A stretch of DNA of 64,000 bases from Escherichia coli. GTDB taxonomy: Bacteria > Pseudomonadota > Gammaproteobacteria > Enterobacterales > Enterobacteriaceae. The notes beneath the pieces were generated by a model. The model was not told the origin of the DNA and searched no databases. It was given only the letters and a program-made list of their open reading frames with translations. The position numbers and the translations under genes were made by a program. Within the stretch, counting starts at the first letter, position 1. Each line of letters starts with the position of its first letter. Below are positions 37,924-48,399 of the stretch, piece by piece. The stretch lies in assembly GCF_041886205.1 (NCBI RefSeq), contig NZ_CP169029.1; one strand, 5' to 3'.

Positions 37924-38571
37924 ATGGGTAAGATGAACCATCAGGATGAATTGCCGTTAGCGAAAGTCAGCGAAGTTGACGAGGCGAAGCGGCAATGGTT
38001 GCAGGGGATGCGTCACCCCGTTGATACGGTAACCGAACCAGAACCTGCTGAAATCCTGGCTGAGTTCATTCGCCAGCATTCTGCGGCTGGGCAGCTGGTG
38101 GCGCGCGCCGTGTTTCTCTCGCCACCCTATTTGGTTGCAGAAGAGGAACTGTCAGTTTTGCTGGAAAGCATTAAGCAGAACGGAGACTACGCGGATATCG
38201 CTTGTTTGACGGGAAGCAAGGATGATTACTATTACTCAACGCAGGCCATGAGTGAAAACTACGCGGCGATGTCTTTGCAAGTTGTGGAGCAGGACATTTG
38301 TCGCGCCATTGCACACGCCGTTCGTTTTGAGTGCCAGACGTATCCTCGTCCTTACAAAGTCGCCATGCTGATGCAAGCGCCATATTACTTCCAGGAAGCG
38401 CAGATTGAAGCCGCGATCGCCGCGATGGATGTTGCACCTGAATATGCCGATATACGGCAGGTGGAGTCATCGACGGCGGTGTTGTACTTGTTTAGCGAGC
38501 GATTTATGACCTATGGCAAGGCTTATGGCTTATGCGAATGGTTCGAGGTAGAGCAGTTTCAGAACCCCTGA
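37924..38571 (+). CDS. ydhW: uncharacterised protein YdhW
   Basis: 215-aa ORF in operon position between ydhV and ydhX. Confidence 0.82.
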   Translation: MGKMNHQDELPLAKVSEVDEAKRQWLQGMRHPVDTVTEPEPAEILAEFIRQHSAAGQLVARAVFLSPPYLVAEEELSVLLESIKQNGDYADIACLTGSKDDYYYSTQAMSENYAAMSLQVVEQDICRAIAHAVRFECQTYPRPYKVAMLMQAPYYFQEAQIEAAIAAMDVAPEYADIRQVESSTAVLYLFSERFMTYGKAYGLCEWFEVEQFQNP

Positions 38572-38634
38572 AATTTCAGGGAGATGTCATGGATAGGGTG
38601 GACAGTTGCAGCCACTGCATTAGGGGATAATCAG

Positions 38635-39303
38635 ATGTCCTTCACTCGACGCAAATTTGTTCTGGGGATGGGAACAGTAATCTTTTTTACTGGTTCTGCG
38701 TCTTCTCTGTTAGCGAACACGAGGCAAGAAAAGGAAGTTCGGTATGCCATGATTCATGACGAGTCACGGTGCAATGGCTGTAATATTTGCGCCCGCGCAT
38801 GCCGTAAAACTAACCACGTCCCCGCTCAGGGAAGCCGTTTATCGATAGCACACATTCCAGTCACCGATAACGACAACGAAACGCAGTATCACTTTTTTCG
38901 CCAGTCATGTCAGCACTGCGAAGATGCTCCGTGCATCGACGTTTGCCCGACGGGGGCATCGTGGCGTGATGAGCAGGGGATCGTGCGGGTAGAAAAATCG
39001 CAGTGCATCGGCTGCAGTTATTGCATTGGCGCTTGTCCGTACCAGGTTCGCTACCTTAACCCTGTCACTAAAGTGGCAGATAAATGTGATTTCTGCGCTG
39101 AGTCCCGGCTGGCAAAAGGCTTTCCGCCCATTTGCGTCAGCGCTTGTCCGGAACACGCATTGATCTTTGGTCGCGAAGATAGCCCAGAAATTCAGGCGTG
39201 GTTGCAGGAAAATAAATACTATCAATATCAGCTACCTGGTGCCGGGAAACCGCATCTGTATCGCCGGTTCGGTCAACATTTGATTAAAAAGGAAAATGTA
39301 TGA
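38635..39303 (+). CDS. ydhX: 4Fe-4S ferredoxin-like protein (Tat signal)
   Basis: ORF 38584..39303; start chosen at MSFTRRKFVLGMGT giving 222 aa; four Cys clusters. Confidence 0.85.
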   Translation: MSFTRRKFVLGMGTVIFFTGSASSLLANTRQEKEVRYAMIHDESRCNGCNICARACRKTNHVPAQGSRLSIAHIPVTDNDNETQYHFFRQSCQHCEDAPCIDVCPTGASWRDEQGIVRVEKSQCIGCSYCIGACPYQVRYLNPVTKVADKCDFCAESRLAKGFPPICVSACPEHALIFGREDSPEIQAWLQENKYYQYQLPGAGKPHLYRRFGQHLIKKENV

Positions 39304-40085
39304 ACCCGTCGCAACATGCTGAACAGTTTCAGAGCCAGTTAGCGAACTATGTGCCACAGTTCACTCCCGAATTTTGGCCGGTGTGGTTGATCATTGCCGG
39401 AGTATTGCTGGTTGGGATGTGGTTGGTGCTGGGGCTGCACGCCTTGCTTCGTGCTCGTGGCGTGAAGAAATCAGCCACCGATCATGGTGAGAAGATTTAT
39501 CTTTACAGCAAAGCGGTCAGATTATGGCACTGGTCGAATGCGTTACTCTTTGTATTGTTGCTGGCAAGTGGGCTGATAAATCACTTTGCGCTGGTGGGCG
39601 CAACTGCGGTCAAAAGTCTGGTTGCGTTGCATGAAGTTTGCGGATTTTTGTTACTCGCATGCTGGCTCGGCTTTGTGCTGATCAATGCTGTTGGGGGTAA
39701 TGGTCACCACTATCGCATTCGTCGTCAGGGGTGGCTGGAACGAGCGGCAAAACAAACGCGATTTTATTTGTTTGGCATTATGCAGGGGGAAGAACATCCT
39801 TTCCCGGCAACAACCCAGTCTAAATTTAATCCCTTACAGCAGGTCGCCTATGTTGGTGTCATGTATGGATTGCTGCCGTTGTTACTATTGACGGGGCTGC
39901 TGTGTCTCTATCCGCAAGCCGTGGGAGATGTGTTTCCTGGCGTAAGATACTGGTTATTGCAGGCGCATTTTGCTCTGGCATTTATAAGCCTCTTTTTTAT
40001 CTTCGGTCATCTTTATCTTTGCACCACGGGGCGTACGCCACACGAAACCTTTAAAAGCATGGTCGATGGCTATCACCGGCACTAA
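39300..40085 (+). CDS. ydhU: cytochrome b-type membrane subunit (PhsC/NrfD-like)
   Basis: 261-aa polytopic ORF; start overlaps ydhX stop. Confidence 0.85.
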   Translation: MNPSQHAEQFQSQLANYVPQFTPEFWPVWLIIAGVLLVGMWLVLGLHALLRARGVKKSATDHGEKIYLYSKAVRLWHWSNALLFVLLLASGLINHFALVGATAVKSLVALHEVCGFLLLACWLGFVLINAVGGNGHHYRIRRQGWLERAAKQTRFYLFGIMQGEEHPFPATTQSKFNPLQQVAYVGVMYGLLPLLLLTGLLCLYPQAVGDVFPGVRYWLLQAHFALAFISLFFIFGHLYLCTTGRTPHETFKSMVDGYHRH

Positions 40086-40088
40086 CGA

Positions 40089-40901
40089 ATGATCATTACA
40101 CGAGCAGACCTGCGAGAATGGCGTATCGGAGCGGTGATGTATCGCTGGTTCCTGCGCCATTTCCCACGCGGCGGTAGTTATGCCGATATTCATCATGCAC
40201 TGATTGAGGAAGGATATACGGACTGGGCGGAGAGTCTGGTTGAGTATGCGTGGAAAAAATGGCTGGCGGATGAAAACTTCGCGCATCAGGAAGTTTCCTC
40301 TATGCAAAAACTGGCCACAGACCCCGGAGAGATACCATTTTGCAGTCAGTTTGCCCGCAGCGACGATCATGCTCGCATCGGCTGTTGTGAGGATAACGCC
40401 CGAATCGCAACCGCTGGGTATGCCGCGCAAATTGCCAGTATGGGTTATAGCGTGCGGATTGGAAGTGTCGGCTTTAACAGTCACATTGGCAGCTCCGGTG
40501 AACGCGCACGGGTTGCTGTAACCGGTAATTCTTCGCGGATAAGCAGCGCTGGAGATAGTAGTCGGATTGCGAACACCGGAATGCGAGTACGCGTTTGTAC
40601 ATTGGGTGAACGGTGTCATGTCGCCAGTAATGGTGACCTGGCGCAAATCGCCAGCTTTGGCGCAAACGCCAGAATTGCCAACAGCGGCGACAATGTACAC
40701 ATCATTGCCAGCGGTGAAAATTCAACGGTTGTGAGCACGGGCGTGGTCGACTCAATTATTCTCGGGCCAGGGGGAAGCGCCGCACTGGCATATCATGACG
40801 GCGAAAGAGTTCGCTTCGCCGTCGCCATTGAAGGTGAAAACAATATTCGAGCCGGAGTCCGCTATCGTCTTAATGAACAGCATCAGTTTGTTGAGTGCTG
40901 A
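40089..40901 (+). CDS. ydhT: uncharacterised protein with about 13 tandem 9-residue repeats
   Basis: 270-aa ORF; repeats with the pattern xRIxxxGxx visible in the translation. Confidence 0.85.
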   Translation: MIITRADLREWRIGAVMYRWFLRHFPRGGSYADIHHALIEEGYTDWAESLVEYAWKKWLADENFAHQEVSSMQKLATDPGEIPFCSQFARSDDHARIGCCEDNARIATAGYAAQIASMGYSVRIGSVGFNSHIGSSGERARVAVTGNSSRISSAGDSSRIANTGMRVRVCTLGERCHVASNGDLAQIASFGANARIANSGDNVHIIASGENSTVVSTGVVDSIILGPGGSAALAYHDGERVRFAVAIEGENNIRAGVRYRLNEQHQFVEC

Positions 40902-40912
40902 TAGCTTTACCT

Positions 40913-42517
40913 TTAATCAAACGAAAGACGCCGACGTGCACGGGATGCAGGTTTTACGACCGCCCGAGCCATCGCCTCACCAATTTCTGCACATGCCGTA
41001 AGTCCCTGAACGAAAGGCTGGTCGTGCATCAACCAGGGCAACGCGCCGAACGCTACGCGTCCACGAATATCTTCGGGTTGCTGTAACGTATAATCTTCGC
41101 CAACATCAGGGATTTCATCCCCTGTTTTCTGTAATTGCTCGCGTAGCCCAGGGAAAGGAATATCTTTCACTTTAAGCGGACGCTGTCCGCGGGCATCAAT
41201 AAAAACGTCAAACGAGTAGCTGTTGTCTTCCGTTTTCAGGACGGTGCGCGACTCATTAATTTCCATTTCGTAGTCTTCACCGAGGGCGAGAATATGAATG
41301 ATCCCCGCTTCACGTAAGGCCAGCAGCCGACGAATAGACTCTGAAGGGATTGCCGCATAATTATCGATAAAAACCCGGGTAAGGCCTTTACTGAACCGTT
41401 TATGGTCGTGTTCATTCAGATGTGGAACAATTTCCTGTACGGCTTCATGCAGGCGCAGAATGACATAACGCCAGGGAACAGTATGTTTTTCTCGTTTATT
41501 GCGTTCGACTTCCTGGAGATTTTTTTCTGCCCAGTCAAATGGGTCGCGTTGTTTGCGCTCGGCAAACCAGGCTTGAGCAAAGGAATCGACATTCAGGCTC
41601 TCTAAGGCTATGCGTTGGCTCCAGTCTGGATCAGCAAACTTGATTTCCTCTACTATCAATCTAAATACCCGATCCAAAAGGCCCTCTTCGCCTTTTTGAA
41701 TCTCAGCATTTAATGCCTGATCGGTGACAATGTGTAAGGACTCGTAGGGAATAGGGCAATAGAAATCGGCTTCGGGTAAAATACCCGTGCGCGACATCAA
41801 CGTGATATTTAGCTTTTCACTTGCGTTATCGCGGTGAAAAACGACGTGTTGTTTATCATCTTCAATGAACGAACCATGCTGAATAGCCACTGCCATTGCC
41901 GCATCCAGTCCGCTCAAGGATGTTCCCATAATACCCACGTTACACGCATCGACCTTTGCTTCCATCAGGCCTGACCACGGGCTGGGAAAATACGTTCGGG
42001 TTGCTTCTTCTTCATCAGGCCAGACGTGACCCGTGGCAATCACCGCTAAATCAAACGTCTCGCTGGGTAAACCCTGATTTGTAGCGAGCATGACGCCAGC
42101 ATTTGTAATTTGCAGATCGGTAACCTGGCATGATTCATAAACAGCCACTGCAAATTTTTGCTTTCGTGCCTGGTCTACTAATCGTAAAAATTGATCGCGG
42201 AAATATTCGCCCAGCAGAATTCGCGGTAAAAACTGACGATCGTGCAAGGTTTCTTTTTTAACGCCATAACGCTGGAGATGGCTGGCTTCTTGCTTTTGTA
42301 GCCATTCGAGATACGTACAATTAATCGGCGGTATTTCAATACTGGCAATATTTGCCAGCATCATTTTTGAGTTTTCCTCATCACTGTATGGCATCCCGAC
42401 ACCGGCCTCGTCAGCCTGCTCGAAGATAGAAATAGAAAGTGGAGTTTGTTGCTGTAGAAGCGAGAATAAGGTGTAGATCCCCGTAGGCCCGGCACCCACA
42501 ATAGCAATTTTTTTCAT
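40913..42517 (-). CDS. ydhS: FAD/NAD(P)-binding protein
   Basis: 534-aa ORF with N-terminal GAGPTG dinucleotide-binding motif. Confidence 0.88.
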   Translation of the reverse strand: MKKIAIVGAGPTGIYTLFSLLQQQTPLSISIFEQADEAGVGMPYSDEENSKMMLANIASIEIPPINCTYLEWLQKQEASHLQRYGVKKETLHDRQFLPRILLGEYFRDQFLRLVDQARKQKFAVAVYESCQVTDLQITNAGVMLATNQGLPSETFDLAVIATGHVWPDEEEATRTYFPSPWSGLMEAKVDACNVGIMGTSLSGLDAAMAVAIQHGSFIEDDKQHVVFHRDNASEKLNITLMSRTGILPEADFYCPIPYESLHIVTDQALNAEIQKGEEGLLDRVFRLIVEEIKFADPDWSQRIALESLNVDSFAQAWFAERKQRDPFDWAEKNLQEVERNKREKHTVPWRYVILRLHEAVQEIVPHLNEHDHKRFSKGLTRVFIDNYAAIPSESIRRLLALREAGIIHILALGEDYEMEINESRTVLKTEDNSYSFDVFIDARGQRPLKVKDIPFPGLREQLQKTGDEIPDVGEDYTLQQPEDIRGRVAFGALPWLMHDQPFVQGLTACAEIGEAMARAVVKPASRARRRLSFD

Positions 42518-42903
42518 TGTTACTTACCTGTACGCATTCTTTCGAATTTAGTGTTATCAGATAAGTTTGGTTGAGATTTTTAGAATTTGAGAAATTTCAG
42601 ACAGGGATGAAAAGGGCGCTAACCGCCCTTGATTAAATTCTGTCAGGCGAGTTTTGCCTGATTGATTTGACTCAGTGGCTCATTGACATCGAAAACTTTG
42701 GCGACAACTTCCTCAACGCCGAGATTTTTAAGTCGGGCAGTATGTTTTTCCAGATAGGCAAGGGCGCTTTTTTCATCAGTAAAAAGATAGATCCCACCGG
42801 CTTCGTGGTTCTTTTCACTTTCTGTCCATACCTTCCACAGAAAACCAGGTTCCTGATTAATTGAACCGCCCCGGGTTTCCTGGAGAGTGTTTTATCTGTG
42901 AAC

Positions 42904-43794
42904 TCAGGCTGCCAGATCATCGTTTCCGATGGAAGCATAATAAGCTTTTTCTGCTTCTGCCGGAGGAGTATGGCCCAGCCTTTCCAGCAATCGTCGATTG
43001 TTATACCAGTCCACCCACGTGAGTGTGGCCAGTTCCACTTCTGCACGGTTTTTCCAGCTCTTACGGTGTATTACCTCCGCTTTGTAAAGACCATTGATGC
43101 TCTCCGCCATCGCGTTGTCATACGAGTCGCCTGTACTTCCTGTTGATGCCAGTAATCCGGCTTCCTTAAGCCGCTGTGTGTAGGCCAGCGATACATACTG
43201 AGAACCTTTATCACTGTGATGGACCGTGCCGGACGGTCGACGGGCCCATAACGCCTGCTCCAGTGCATCCAGCACGAATGTCGTTTCCATGGACGATGAG
43301 ACCCGCCACCCCACGATGTATCCGGCAAACACATCAATGATGAACGCCACATAGACGAAGCCCCGCCATGTGCTGACGTAAGTAAAATCAGCCACCCACA
43401 GCTGGTCAGGTCGTTCTGCCACGAACTGACGGTTTACGCGGTCGCCTGCGGCAACGGCTTTCCGGCTGATGGTCGTACGGACCTTTTTACCCCGGAGAAC
43501 ACCGGCAAGTCCCATAACCGCCATGAGACGTGCCACAGTGCATCTGGCCACTCTGATACCTTCCCGTAACAACTGACGCCAGACTTTACGCACACCGTAT
43601 ACCTTGTGATTTTCATCGTATACGCGCTGTATCTCTTTCTTCAGCCAGTCATCGCGCTGCGCACGGGCACTGCGTTTATCCGGATGATGTCGCTGTTGCT
43701 GACAGTGGTAATACGTTGACGGGGCAATATGCAGTTCGCTGCATAGCGGTCCGACCCCGTACTGCTCACGCAGCTTATCCAGCAGTGGCATCAT
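42904..43794 (-). CDS. IS3-family transposase OrfB (DDE integrase core)
   Basis: 296-aa ORF; overlaps orfA 3' end at an A-run consistent with -1 frameshifting. Confidence 0.88.
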   Translation of the reverse strand: MMPLLDKLREQYGVGPLCSELHIAPSTYYHCQQQRHHPDKRSARAQRDDWLKKEIQRVYDENHKVYGVRKVWRQLLREGIRVARCTVARLMAVMGLAGVLRGKKVRTTISRKAVAAGDRVNRQFVAERPDQLWVADFTYVSTWRGFVYVAFIIDVFAGYIVGWRVSSSMETTFVLDALEQALWARRPSGTVHHSDKGSQYVSLAYTQRLKEAGLLASTGSTGDSYDNAMAESINGLYKAEVIHRKSWKNRAEVELATLTWVDWYNNRRLLERLGHTPPAEAEKAYYASIGNDDLAA

Positions 43795-44117
43795 TTTTTC
43801 CAGAGGCGGTCGAACTCCGCCTTCGCAAAATAAGCGGAAGCCTGGCGAAGGATATCGTTACTGCGGCGCAGTTCACGATTTTCACGTTCCAGCTCTTTCA
43901 GACGCTGACGTTCAGCGGTGGTGAGCCCTCCATCACCGCCCCCGGTATCCCGCTCATGCTGGCGAACCCAGACACGCAGAGTCTCCGGCGTACAGCCAAT
44001 CTTTGGAGCAATGGAACAAATTGTCGCCCATTGTGAGTCATATTCGCTCTGACTTTCCAGAACCATACGGACTGCCCGTTGACGGACTTCGGGGGAAAAA
44101 CGAGTATTTTTAGTCAT
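43791..44117 (-). CDS. IS3-family transposase OrfA (HTH)
   Basis: 108-aa [26 protein letters not shown]... Confidence 0.88.
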   Translation of the reverse strand: MTKNTRFSPEVRQRAVRMVLESQSEYDSQWATICSIAPKIGCTPETLRVWVRQHERDTGGGDGGLTTAERQRLKELERENRELRRSNDILRQASAYFAKAEFDRLWKK

Positions 44118-44368
44118 CCTGTTTACCTCTTTCTCAGGAAGTTTAGTCTCCAGGATTCCCGGGGCGGTTCAAATCGACTCAGCAAGCGGTTTAAGCTGCT
44201 CAGCCATTGCGTCGCCAAATGGGCCATTAAAAGCAAAATGAAGTTGTAACAAAGTTGCCATAGCGATTCTCCTTCTGATAACGCATACGAAGACAGTGTA
44301 AATCTTTTAACGTATTGGATACAGAGAAGAAACAGAGGGAAAAAGGAGAAGACCAGATTAAGAAAATC

Positions 44369-44445
44369 TGGTGCGTCCGAGTGGACTCGAACCACCGACC
44401 CCCACCATGTCAAGGTGGTGCTCTAACCAACTGAGCTACGGACGC
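44369..44445 (-). tRNA. valW: tRNA-Val (GAC anticodon)
   Basis: Reverse complement reads GCGTCCGTAGCTCAGTTGGTTAGAGCACCACCTTGACATGGTGGGGGTCGGTGGTTCGAGTCCACTCGGACGCACCA; valV/valW assignment by position; +/-1 nt. Confidence 0.9.
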
Positions 44446-44449
44446 AGGA

Positions 44450-44526
44450 TGGTGCGTTCAATTGGACTCGAACCAACGACCCCCACCATGTCAAGGTGGT
44501 GCTCTAACCAACTGAGCTATGAACGC
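44450..44526 (-). tRNA. valV: tRNA-Val (GAC anticodon)
   Basis: Reverse complement reads GCGTTCATAGCTCAGTTGGTTAGAGCACCACCTTGACATGGTGGGGGTCGTTGGTTCGAGTCCAATTGAACGCACCA; +/-1 nt. Confidence 0.9.
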
Positions 44527-44833
44527 AACGTTGTAGGTGACAACGGGGACGAATATTAGCGGCAGAGTGGGAAGGTGGCAAGAGGCAAAACGTAATTTTC
44601 TGCGCTATTTCGACCGTTTGCAGAGCTTTTAAGCAAATTGGCTATATTTTGTTGATTTGCAAGGGCGATTTTTATTCAGGATCGCATTTACATCTGATAC
44701 AACCCAATAATTCGTGTATCAGAGTTTAAACAGAGTTGTTTGCCACCATCTCAAATCTGTCGTGGATAAATCCTCCGTAGCCTTTACACTTAGGTAGCAA
44801 TAAAGGCACACAGATGCAGCAAAGGAATAAATC

Positions 44834-46090
44834 ATGGGATCTGATGCGAAAAACTTGATGAGCGACGGGAATGTGCAAATTGTTAAGACCGGCGAGGTCA
44901 TTGGCGCGACGCAACTTACTGAAGGCGAGTTGATTGTTGAAGCTGGCGGAAGAGCCGAAAATACCGTGGTCACGGGGGCTGGCTGGTTGAAAGTGGCAAC
45001 CGGTGGGATCGCCAAATGTACACAGTACGGTAACAATGGCACGCTATCGGTCAGCGACGGTGCCATTGCCACAGATATTGTTCAGTCCGAGGGAGGCGCA
45101 ATTAGTCTCTCTACGCTCGCTACGGTTAATGGCCGCCATCCCGAAGGTGAATTCAGCGTTGATCAGGGTTATGCCTGCGGTTTGTTGCTGGAAAATGGCG
45201 GTAACCTGCGTGTACTGGAAGGACATCGCGCGGAAAAAATCATTCTCGATCAAGAGGGCGGCCTGTTGGTTAATGGGACAACCTCAGCGGTCGTGGTAGA
45301 TGAAGGTGGTGAATTGTTGGTGTATCCAAGTGGGGAAGCCAGCAATTGTGAGATTAATCAGGGCGGCGTTTTTATGCTGGCCGGGAAAGCCAGTGATACG
45401 TTGCTTGCTGGTGGCACCATGAATAATCTCGGTGGTGAAGACTCTGACACTATTGTTGAGAATGGATCCATTTATCGTCTGGGGACGGATGGCCTTCAGC
45501 TCTACAGTTCCGGTAAGACGCAAAACCTGTCCGTGAATGTGGGTGGTCGGGCTGAAGTGCATGCCGGTACGCTGGAAAATGCGGTAATACAAGGTGGGAC
45601 AGTGATCCTGTTGTCACCCACCAGCGCGGACGAAAATTTTGTCGTAGAGGAAGATCGCGCACCGGTTGAACTGACCGGGAGTGTTGCATTACTGGACGGC
45701 GCTTCAATGATTATTGGCTATGGCGCAGATCTGCAACAATCAACGATTACTGTACAGCAGGGCGGTGTATTGATTCTCGACGGCAGTACGGTAAAAGGTG
45801 ACAGTGTCACTTTAAATGTTGGTAACATCAATCTAAATGGCGGAAAACTGTGGCTAATCACTGGTGCGGCAACGCATGTGCAACTGAAAGTGAAACGCCT
45901 GCGCGGAGAGGGAGCGATTTGCCTGCAAACCAGTGCGAAAGAAATTTCACCTGACTTCATCAATGTGAAAGGGGAAGTTACCGGTGATATACACGTTGAG
46001 ATAACAGATGCCAGTCGGCAAACTCTGTGTAACGCACTGAAACTACAGCCAGACGAAGACGGGATTGGCGCAACGCTCCAGCCTGCGTAA
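44834..46090 (+). CDS. ydhQ: autotransporter-passenger-like (AIDA-type repeat) protein without evident beta-barrel
   Basis: 418-aa ORF, Gly/Thr/Val-rich degenerate repeats. Confidence 0.85.
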   Translation: MGSDAKNLMSDGNVQIVKTGEVIGATQLTEGELIVEAGGRAENTVVTGAGWLKVATGGIAKCTQYGNNGTLSVSDGAIATDIVQSEGGAISLSTLATVNGRHPEGEFSVDQGYACGLLLENGGNLRVLEGHRAEKIILDQEGGLLVNGTTSAVVVDEGGELLVYPSGEASNCEINQGGVFMLAGKASDTLLAGGTMNNLGGEDSDTIVENGSIYRLGTDGLQLYSSGKTQNLSVNVGGRAEVHAGTLENAVIQGGTVILLSPTSADENFVVEEDRAPVELTGSVALLDGASMIIGYGADLQQSTITVQQGGVLILDGSTVKGDSVTLNVGNINLNGGKLWLITGAATHVQLKVKRLRGEGAICLQTSAKEISPDFINVKGEVTGDIHVEITDASRQTLCNALKLQPDEDGIGATLQPA

Positions 46091-46130
46091 AAACACAGGC
46101 GCAACCCGTGAAGGTTGCGCCTTGTCTTTA

Positions 46131-47525
<1,395 letters not shown>

Positions 47526-47718
47526 TTATATGAGAGACTAAAAAGCCGCCTGAATGGGCAGCAAAAAGAAGAAGCAGGGGAAATTCAGTCTATTGTAGCG
47601 AGGATTTATTAATTCTCCAGTGAAAAAATAGTCATTCTTACCCCTTCACTGGTAAGGGCGTTTGCCACCTGCTATTGTGCTGAACAGAATGTCTTAACTG
47701 ATTTCAGGAGTTGTAAGT

Positions 47719-48360
47719 ATGTTTACGGGGATTGTACAGGGCACCGCAAAACTGGTGTCGATTGACGAGAAACCAAATTTTCGCACACATGTGGTGGAGT
47801 TACCCGACCACATGCTGGACGGTCTGGAAACCGGTGCTTCCGTGGCGCATAACGGTTGCTGCCTGACCGTGACGGAAATTAACGGCAACCATGTCAGTTT
47901 TGACCTGATGAAAGAAACGTTGCGCATTACCAATCTTGGCGATTTAAAAGTGGGGGATTGGGTAAACGTTGAGCGTGCGGCGAAATTCAGTGATGAAATT
48001 GGCGGACACTTAATGTCAGGTCATATTATGACTACCGCTGAAGTAGCGAAAATATTAACCTCGGAAAATAATCGCCAGATCTGGTTTAAAGTCCAGGATA
48101 GTCAGTTGATGAAATATATTCTGTACAAAGGATTTATTGGCATCGACGGTATTAGCCTGACCGTCGGCGAAGTCACGCCAACGCGTTTTTGCGTCCATTT
48201 AATTCCGGAAACACTGGAACGCACGACTCTTGGGAAGAAAAAACTTGGCGCACGCGTCAACATTGAAATCGATCCACAAACTCAGGCAGTGGTAGATACG
48301 GTAGAACGTGTGCTGGCGGCACGAGAAAATGCCATGAATCAACCAGGTACAGAAGCCTGA
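47719..48360 (+). CDS. ribC: riboflavin synthase
   Basis: 213-aa [24 protein letters not shown]... Confidence 0.93.
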   Translation: MFTGIVQGTAKLVSIDEKPNFRTHVVELPDHMLDGLETGASVAHNGCCLTVTEINGNHVSFDLMKETLRITNLGDLKVGDWVNVERAAKFSDEIGGHLMSGHIMTTAEVAKILTSENNRQIWFKVQDSQLMKYILYKGFIGIDGISLTVGEVTPTRFCVHLIPETLERTTLGKKKLGARVNIEIDPQTQAVVDTVERVLAARENAMNQPGTEA

Positions 48361-48399
48361 TCTGAAATCGCCCCCGGAGAGGGGGCGATAGAATAGCCT

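Larger units (their letters stand above)
42862..44171 (-). mobile_element. IS629: IS629-like IS3-family insertion sequence (1310 bp) with TGAACCGCCCCGGG terminal repeats
   Basis: Terminal inverted repeats at both ends, orfA/orfB pair, 3-bp target duplication AAT; boundaries +/-2 nt. Confidence 0.88.
42643..44261 (-). pseudogene. ydhR: ydhR (putative monooxygenase, 101 aa) split by IS629 after codon 30
   Basis: N-terminal 30 codons ([30 protein letters not shown]) at ~44172..44261; C-terminal 71 codons at ~42643..42858; IS between them. Confidence 0.8.

Noticed and set aside
42672-43046. 124-aa minus-strand ORF spanning the IS629 end and the ydhR 3' fragment
   Set aside because: It is in a different frame from ydhR and from IS629 orfB, and it crosses the insertion junction. 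Read as a chance ORF created by the insertion rather than a functional fusion.
44123-44413. 96-aa minus-strand ORF running across the IS629 end into tRNA-Val
   Set aside because: Overlaps a tRNA gene and an IS terminal repeat; a protein-coding gene here is implausible.
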